The position numbers were made by a program, and so were the translations under genes. From Auanema rhodensis (lineage: Eukaryota; Animalia; Nematoda), in assembly GCA_964057225.1 (NCBI GenBank), contig OZ059899.1, forward strand, positions 5,642,001 to 5,706,000: 64,000 bases of DNA, written 5' to 3'. The notes below the pieces were generated by a model. That model ran no database searches and had not been told where the DNA came from. It was given only the letters and a program-made list of their open reading frames with translations. Of this stretch, positions 25,353 through 34,113 are shown one piece after another. Numbering within the stretch: position 1 is the first letter of the stretch; the number at the start of each line of letters is the position of its first letter.

Positions 25353-26438
25353 TAGGTTAAGCTTTTAGACGTCTTGACGAATAAATAGAAGTGGATCTAG
25401 AAAGATAAAGCTGAGGGGGGATAGTGGAAACACACAGAACAGTTAAATAAGTCAACGATTCACAGAGGAAATAAAGCAAATATTACGAGAACAGCTACCG
25501 GATGTCAACAGGAAAAATGATGAAAGTCTGAGCTTAATTATATGACACTGTTTGAGGAGTGAAATAGTGAAACAGCTCTTTTCAACCGATTTTTTTTAAT
25601 ATATTTGAGAAAAAAAAGATTTACATTAACAGAAAATAATAATTTTTTATGTATTATGGATATAGTAAATAACATATATTCATTTGTTCAAAATAATAAT
25701 TTTGAAAGACTGAAAGAATTGTTAAGAGCTTAACTTAATTAGTCATTTGTTTATTTAAGATGAATAGAATAAAATATATGAGCAGAATCTACATTTGAGA
25801 TTCTAAGATTCAATTTTCTTATTGAAATATTCGGAATATACCTAACTTGCTTTCTGAACAGAAAAAAGAAAGTATAATAAAGTTCTTGTTGTGTTGTAAA
25901 CTGATCTGATATACTTTGTCAGCTGTGGGTCACGCCTGAACTCATGTGAAATAGTTGCAGATAAGTAAGAGGAAATAGAAAATATGAAACAAACTGTTTG
26001 TTTGTTCTGCCAATTCTTGGCAATTATTTTTATTTTCACAATATTGTTTGACATAAGTTTCTTGCCTAAAAACACTTTTTTGACATAACAATCTCTTTGG
26101 CATAACAACAATCTTAAAGTATATTTAAGTGAAAAGAGATGAAGTTGATGATATGTGTTAGAGAGAAATGAGGAAGAGAAATGAAAGTTTTGCTAAAATT
26201 GATTGAACACTTTCTTTTTTTCTTTTAAGCTTATCTTCAAGTCAGTTGTATCATGTTAAATACAATTGTCTTATCACCTGAGTAACATAAATCTTAATAG
26301 AGAACAGCTTTCAAACTACTACTTCCTCAATTATTTTTCAATACTAAATAGTCAATTGCATAAAGTAAATTTAAAAATAAATATTAATTTATCTTAATTT
26401 TTCTACATAAATGAAAGAGATCATCAACAAATGCACAG

Positions 26439-29400
26439 TTATGTTGTATTCATCCACCAGTTTTCCATAGTGAAATTATCACTAAATTTAGATTCAAATG
26501 TATCGCCTGAGAGTGGCCGACTAACTGGAGCCTTAAAAAATAATTTAAAAATAAGTTGAAATTAAAATAAATTACAATGGTTATGGGCATTCTTTCATCA
26601 AAGAATACTGGAGAATTTTGAACAATTAGTATAGTTCCAATCACATTAACAGCCAGAAAAACAATTAAAACAAGACGATCAATTACATTGGCAACATATG
26701 ACCAATCCGAAGATATCTGAATTTGTTTGATACACATACATACATATATATTTATATTTAACTAACTTTATCTTCTTTTTTAATTGCTCTGAAATGATCA
26801 GCTATAAATCCTATATTATCAATCATTCTTCGTATTAAATCGGGATGCATTCCTCGTAGCTGTGCTAATTGGGATAGTCTCATCTATAATATATTTATAA
26901 AATATAATAATTCATATAAGAATTTTTCAATTATTTCTTGTTTTCTTTTTAAATTTTTATTTTAACTGTCCATTGCTCAGTGCGCAAGAAAATCACGTGA
27001 ATAGGAATTTTTTTTATTTTGTTTAGCTCAGCTGTCACAGTCGGTTGCTTTCAATTTTACGGATATTCTCAAAATATCTTCCTTATTTCTTCCAGAAACT
27101 TCAATACCTGGCCGTTTTGAAGTTGTGGAGGGACAGAAAGGAAGAAAGGGGATGGCCTTCGAGACGAATCCATAAATTGTGGAATTTCTAAGAAAAAAAT
27201 GTTCGAAATCAGTTTAAAAGACTAAACGGCGTACCACTAATACTTGATCCTTTATCACTGACTTCTTCTTCTTCAGCTGGCTTTATCCACAAGTACCTAG
27301 GTAGTGTTTGAATAAATACTATATACACCCAATTGGGCATAGGATGAGCTGAACCATCTCGACGATAATAGTTCAATGATACAACAGATAGCAGAATAGA
27401 AATTGATACCAAAAACATTGTAAATAGAAGATATTTACCTGAAACATTAAGTTTAAATTCTGAATATGAATACTTAATAAAACACTTACCAATTAAAGGA
27501 ATAACAAGTGAAGTAGGTGGTATAAGTTCAATTAGAACAAGATAAAACACAGTGAGTGCAACCAAAATAGATATAGAAAATGTCATTTTATGCTCAATTG
27601 GAGGAATATAAAATACAAATGTTGTAAGAATTGCTGAAAAAATGAAGAAAACAACTAATATTTTTCTTTTTTCCAATCGCTTACCTATTAACATACAAGG
27701 AATAACTAAATTTACTGTATAAAATAAAGTTTTTCGTCGTAAAGCTATTACAAAGCTAACATCAATGTAAAACTCTTGTCCACAACATCCTGGATATAGT
27801 TGTTCGTGTCGAAGAGATGTCAAAGACATTAAATCCCATTCTAAACTTCTATAATAAAAATTATAATATTATTAACTAATTCATATAATATTACTGATAA
27901 AATCCAGATAAATCCATTCCCATTTCTAAATATTGATATTCTTTACCCTCACTATCCATTTTATTTATTATTTCAGAACCAGGAGTCTAGAAATATATAT
28001 ATGTATTTGCTCATATAATTGTAATAATATATACAAACTTACAGGTAATTGACGTACATCTAATAAGAATCCATTATAACTCCATCCTCCAAATTTAAGA
28101 GTACATGATTGTGAATCATATGGGAAATACTAGAATTAAATAGAAAAATAATGAAATTTTTTTGGTTTTAAAAGGTTTACTTCAATATTAATTGGACAAA
28201 AACTTTTATAGATACTAGGTGGTTTCCATACAACTAGGCCATTATGGTAAACTAATGCATCGCTCATAATAGTTATGTGCGGCTCTCCATCAGCACTGAA
28301 ATTTTTAGTTAAAATTTTAAATATTTAATTTAATTTTTTACTTATTATATAATAAAATATCAGGTATCCATATTTGATCAGATGGTATATGTAGCTTACG
28401 TATTCCTCCCCATTTAATAGGATCCCATGTCAACTTATAATCAAACCATTGCATTTCAAGCCATAAATTAGTTGTGAGAACTTGGTTAACTTCATCCTGA
28501 AAATTAAATTGATTTCATCTCTAATCCTTCATTTCTAAGTTTCAAAATATAATTCAAGTTGTTTTTCTCTTTGTACATGTAATTTGGATTAGTTTTTCAA
28601 TAATCGGAGATTTTTAATTTAAAATATTCCTTTTTACAGTTTTGCCCTAAATCGAAATGAAAAGCCAAAATTGAAGCAAGGCGTTTAGAAATTCGGAACA
28701 TTTTTAAAATGATCCTCAGCTGTTCTCTAATTTTTGTGAGACTTTCTCTTATGCAATTTATCTTTTTTCTCGGCGACTGACCCACTAATGGACTGGAAAA
28801 GAGAAGGGAAAAACGGACTGAAAAAGGTAAAGTGAAAGCACAAATTGACCCAAATCATATATCCTCGGATGCATTTAAAGCCAGCTTTTTGGTTCAGCCT
28901 CTCGAGATATCGCAAAACTTTCCGATAATTATATAAGAAAATAAATAATTATTTCTTACTATTTTATTATTTTTTTAGTTGTTTTTCATTTAAACCTTTT
29001 CAAATGATTTTTATTATTATTTTTAAGGTATGGGTGATAACTCTCTATATTACCGTTTGGCATTAGTGTCATCATTCTGTTCTATTTTTTGTATAATTTT
29101 CATGGCTGTTTCTATTCCAACTTTATTTTTCAAAGTTAATAATGAGCGTTTAACAGCTGAACAGCACTCAAGTACATTTAAGGTTTTTTTTCAAAAAATA
29201 TTAAGAACTTTCAACTTGGAATTTTAGGAAGATACTAATAGGGTATGGGAACAACTGCAAAAGATTATTAGTAGTGGAGTAGCAGATGGAAACAAAAATC
29301 CATCTGTGATGTTTTTCTCAAGAAGAAAAAGAGATTATTATGGCGCTACTACATGCAGTGGTATGTAGATTGACATTTGACATTTGATTTGCATTCGTTT

Positions 29401-30502
29401 TAGGTTGCAACATGTTAACATGCCCTCAAGGTATGCCTGGGCCTGCTGGAGAATCCGGAGATGATGGTATTCCTGGCATGCCTGGAAATCCAGGAAAAGC
29501 TGGAGATGATGGCTATGATGTAGAACTTTCCCCAGAAGACGATCTTCCATGTAGTATTTGCCCTGCAGGACCACCTGGACCAAGGTAAGATAAAACGAAA
29601 AAGCAAATTGTAATTTGTTTTATAGAGGGCCTCAAGGTGAACGTGGAATGCCAGGATACCCTGGAATGCGTGGAGAAACTGGAGAGCCTGGAAACCCTGG
29701 TGTCGATGGACCACCAGGATATGGTGGCCTTTTGGGAGACGCTGGTGCTCCTGGACCAATGGGAAATCCAGGAGTTTCTGGAGAAACAGTTATTTCTGGA
29801 GTTGGTATACCTGGACCAGTTGGACCTCCTGGACCACAAGGAATGAAAGGAAAGCCAGGACCATCTGGCCGTGCAGCTAAAGAAATGGGTGCACCAGGAG
29901 CTCCTGGAGCTACAGGTCCAAGCGGACCCATGGGAACTGTTGGAAGACCAGGTGAAGGAGGACTAAATGGACCTCCAGGAGATCCAGGTAAAAATATGAA
30001 TAAGGCTTTACCCAAATTAATAATATGATATTTAAGGAATGCCTGCTTCATATTGCCCATCGGATTGTGGAGTATCACACATTATGATGCCTTCATTCGG
30101 TGGTAATCAACCAGCAGATTCATATGTTGATAGAACGATGTCCAATTCTTATGGTCGTTGGATACTTTAAACTACTATTTTCTAATAAAAAAGCCAATAA
30201 TAATAAATATATAACCACGAGTTGATCTAATTAATTGAAAAAATGTTTTGAAAAGGAAAAGAAAACGTACAACATCAATGATTCGGATAAGTGATGAACC
30301 AAATTTGACCTTGATACTTTCACTAGCATTCTTTACTGGACGAACATTTTTATTGTAATAATAAAGCAAATCCTCATATAACTGATCAGCATATCGATTA
30401 GATTCAACATATACTAGTAGAATAATTACTAAAAATAGTAATAATATAATAAATATTGAAATTAAAATATAACTTGCCGAATATGGTTCCGATTAGTCTC
30501 AT
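26439..30502 (-). CDS. acr-8: Nicotinic acetylcholine receptor alpha subunit, ACR-8 group
   Basis: [28 protein letters not shown]; Cys-loop [15 protein letters not shown]; loop C YPGCC (YxxCC); M1-M2 linker IEHKM (His in place of the usual GEK glutamate); [22 protein letters not shown] in the M3-M4 loop. Intron 1 is GC-AG (30477-30429); intron 2 is 30270-28497. Confidence 0.88.
28778..28937 (+). promoter_or_regulatory. Putative promoter of the nested collagen: two RORE-like sites, a GATA site and a TATA box
   Basis: TGACCCACTAAT 28778-28789 (rc ATTAGTGGGTCA), TGACCCAAAT 28846-28855, CGATAA ~28923, TATATAAG 28930-28937. A TTTTAAG acceptor ends at 29027, just before the ATG at 29030. Confidence 0.5.
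29030..30170 (+). CDS. Nematode cuticle collagen (DPY-2/3/7/8/9/10 'furrow'-like), nested antisense in acr-8 intron 2
   Basis: N-terminal hydrophobic anchor, furin site [16 protein letters not shown], Gly-X-Y blocks, [26 protein letters not shown] and YCPSDCG. Five exons; stop TAA 30168-30170; AATAAA 30184-30189. Confidence 0.93.
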
Positions 30503-32489
30503 GATATGTTGTTCCTCATGCCGATATCATACACAATATTAGAATTAATACAAATTGATGTATCTCAAATTTTGAAGAGATGATCTAAGTATTTCAATAT
30601 TATAATAAAGCTAGAAAATGAAAAAAAATTGATGAAAGCATATAAATAGAGAATAACTTGAAAAGATCATTCATGTTAGTGGAGTTAGATGAATCGACGT
30701 TAACAACAGCTGTTCTTTAATATTAGATACACAGCTCTTGTTGGGATTCAAAGATACCGAATTGAAACTCAATCCTTTAATGTTTCAAACTTATAAATAA
30801 GAAACTTAAGTGAGACTATAAGAGATAAAGGAGTTATGTTACCAGTTAAATATTATATTATGTGAATTTTTATTTAAAATATAGAAGAATAAATTTAAAT
30901 TAAGTTAGCTAGATACTCTTCAGATGAATTCGAAATTTCAGATTAGGTTTCTCTTAAGTGTCAAGTTAAACAAAGTTGAAAAAAATTGAAAAAGCACGAA
31001 AGTTCAAAAAATGTGTTCAGCTTTCTATTTTGTGTAAATTACTAAGTTAAGAATCTAATCTTTACATAAATATATATAAAATATGAATTTCTGAGTTTAA
31101 TATAATTTGAATTTATATGTATTTATACAATTGAAAATAAAAATTATTTTTTAGTTTCAAAACATATAATGATTCATAGCTTGTACAACGTATATGTACG
31201 GGATCCAACACCAATACTGAACAGGAATAAGAAATAAGCAAGAAGAGAATTGGATGAGATCTGGGTATAATGGGAGGTGTAAACAGAGCAAGCTCTATGA
31301 GATAGTAAGGAAAAAATTGAGAGAATGAGGAGAGACAGAGAAAGCATTGGATAGCAAATGACTATACCACTAGTTTGATAGGGATTTGCAATAATTAATT
31401 AGGTTTGTTCTATTCCGCAAAAGAAAAAAATAATTTTAATAGTTATTGATTGATTGCTGGTTAAAAAATTTTCATTTATTTTCATATTATACCAAAAAAA
31501 TTATAATTTCTTATCTAAAAAAACAATATTTTAATAGCTATAAATGAGCTATGTTCTAAGTATGTAAGAATTATTTTATTCAGAATTTAGCTACGTTTCA
31601 AAGAATGGAATCTCAGCTCTGTCTTAATGGCCTAACTAAATTGCAAGAGTAACATATCCATTAGTAACTCCTTCACCTAGAATGAATTTGTAATTCAATG
31701 AATAGCTCTCAAGCATTCAACCCGAAATATGCAAACCTAATCTTAACCATTGGCGAAGATAAGGAAGGAAGGGGTTAAGCTGTACTAAAAATAAATTAAT
31801 AACTTAATTTTTTCAAATAATTGTTTTCCTTCAAAACATATTCAAAACTTTTGTTAGCAGTACAGGTTCAGGAAGCTGTACTGCAAAGAAAAGAATTATA
31901 TTCATTCATATGGATCTCATATAACCGTGGTGACAAATTCGTTTCTTCAAGTACGGTAATATCTATAATTTTCTCTTGTTAACATATGAATCACAAGTAT
32001 ATAATATCATAGATTTTTTAAAAAATATTGTGACAATATATGAGTTCATTTGCCTTTCCAGCATATAATTTTCAGTGATGCTATTCAAACATGTTAGTTA
32101 GTTAATTTTTGGAGAATTCCCATAATCCACAAGAATACTAATTCTACCAAAATATTGGTTATAACATGCTAATTACCCAAAATGTGCATTTTAATGATTT
32201 CAAGCATATATTTGTTTTTGTATTTAAATAATTTGTTTCATAAAGTGATTAGTAGTGGTTTTTTTTTCTATAGTGCTAAATGCTCTAAATTATTAATGCT
32301 ACTGTTTGTTTCAATCATTGAAAAACTTGAGAACTTAAAGAAAAATTCAAAAATTAGAAAAAAAAAATGTTTTTTCTTTCAATACCTTTTTTGTGCTATT
32401 ATTTTCTTCTGATTCGCGAAGATTATATATTTTTTTCAATACATTATTGCCTTTTACTTTGTGAAGCCTTTGGCTAAAGAAATCAAAGG

Positions 32490-32565
32490 GCAGCAGATGT
32501 GGACGCTTTTTACATGCGAGACCGCACGCGTCCTCCGTTTACACGCTCGCGTGCGGCGTTTGGCA
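32490..32565. promoter_or_regulatory. CpG-rich promoter island upstream of the TMEM126-like gene/operon
   Basis: Locally GC-rich, with TGCGAGACC and a perfect inverted repeat CCGCACGCG (32522-32530)/CGCGTGCGG (32548-32556). It lies ~120 nt upstream of the TTTCAG acceptor ending at 32674. Confidence 0.5.
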
Positions 32566-32679
32566 TTACTAAGTTAATATATTTATAATTAATCGTTTTA
32601 AAGCTTAACATTGTGAAATTTGAATTTGTATAATGATAGTATGGATGTAAGAGAAGATATGCATGATATTTCAGAAGTA

Positions 32680-33893
32680 ATGGGAACCGAAATGAAGAAC
32701 GGGCCTTCACAGGACTTCTTAGACTTATGGAAAAGATCTGAGCCCCCTCAAACAACATCTGAACCTACAGCAGGTGCCATATCTAGAACTAAGTAGTTTG
32801 ACATTCATATATATCAGAATATTTTGTATTATTTAAAGAATTGGCGAACGATTGTCAGGAGAAAGATCACTAATATGGACAAATCTATCACAAATGTCTC
32901 CAGCAGATCAAGTACTTCACAATCATAAATGTTTATATTTTTTATGAAATAGGCAGTAATGATGGGGAAGCTTACCAATGCATGGCCTTACGCAAATGAA
33001 AGAAGAGCTTTAAATTGGCCAATGCATGCTGGGTTGCTAACGAATTGTGTAACTTCTGCTTTCATTGGTATATATTTATAACTGATTGTAAAACTTTTAT
33101 AATATTTAGCGACCAAAATTAACGCTGATATGATACTATATAATTCCAAGACACCTTTCTTGGAGGCAGTTCAAAGATGTCCCAAATCACCTCTCATATT
33201 TGGAGTATATACTTCTGGATTGACCTATTTTGTTTTGAAGCAGGTACGTTTTTTTATGTAAAACTTATCGTTATTTCACTTGTTCAAGGTAACAGTGATG
33301 AAAACAATATATAGAGAAAATAATCCATGCGCTTCTTGTTTGTTGTCTCACTCCTTAATAATTTCACTGTTCACTGGTATTGTGATGCCAATGGTTGCTA
33401 CTCCTTATCTGTGCTATTATGTGGTATGTTGATTACTTATAACAGTTTCTTTAATGGTTTGTTTAAGTTGATGCAAAGAAAGAACGAAAAGTTCCCTGCT
33501 ATAAAGAATATGTTAGAATTTGGAATGTTATCTTGGGAAGGTATGAGTATATATTTTCAAACATCCCGACTTAAATAAGAAATTCTTAAGGTAGTCGAGC
33601 AGCGAGACCTTTATTGTTGAAATTAATTCCTCTCCAATTTGTTGTAACTGCAATCTCGACATACGCTTTGTTATGGGGTAGAGAAAGGTTTGTTTGCTTT
33701 GGGTTTTCAATATTATCTTGTTGTCTTAAGGTTTTTCAATACTATGGATGTTGATCCTGATCTAGCCAAGGAATTGCTGGTATCTGCTCAAGGAAAACTT
33801 TCGTTTAAAGAGAAATTTACTGGATTTCTTCGAAGTATTCCTTTCTTATCGGATGTAATGCCTGCAGAAGCTCCAGAGCAAGAACGAGTATAG
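32680..33893 (+). CDS. TMEM126-like (DUF1370) mitochondrial inner-membrane protein, 8 exons
   Basis: Spliced ORF MGTEMKNGPSQD...RRALNWPMHAGLL...NPCASCLLSHSLIISLFTGIVMPMVATP...APEQERV*. Four hydrophobic segments and a CxxC followed by G..(Y/M)P, as in TMEM126A (CETC...GGLYP). Confidence 0.72.
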
Positions 33894-34113
33894 GTTTAGG
33901 TATAGTGTGTTTAGATTAACTAGTTAGTTTTACTAATTGAAAATTAGTTGTTTTTAATATTTATTTATAGTTCAGATACGGGTACTTTGTTGTTACATAC
34001 ATTTGATAAATTTTTAATTTTTTTTTTGCATTAATTTCATTATGGTTACCTTTCCAACTAGCTATCTGTTATTGTTTTGATGAATGAATTAATTTTGAAT
34101 TCTAATGATTAAG
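33894..34113 (+). promoter_or_regulatory. Probable operon intercistronic region (3'-end signal, U-rich tract, Ur-like element, trans-splice acceptor)
   Basis: Only 220 nt separate the stop from the next same-strand ATG. GATAAA ~34005, poly-T ~34019-34027, TACCTT (UAYYUU) 34047-34052, and TTAAG immediately before the ATG at 34114. Confidence 0.55.

Noticed and set aside
25842-26111. 89-aa minus-strand ORF between the CLIK gene and acr-8
   Set aside because: Non-ATG start, no homology cue, and no splice sites linking it to neighbouring genes.
29338-30078. Several long minus-strand Pro/Gly ORFs
   Set aside because: Antisense shadows of collagen Gly-X-Y codons, which rarely create stops on the opposite strand.
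31857-31884. Perfect 9-bp inverted repeat GCAGTACAG/CTGTACTGC
   Set aside because: Too short for a pre-miRNA or MITE, with no TSD or further support.
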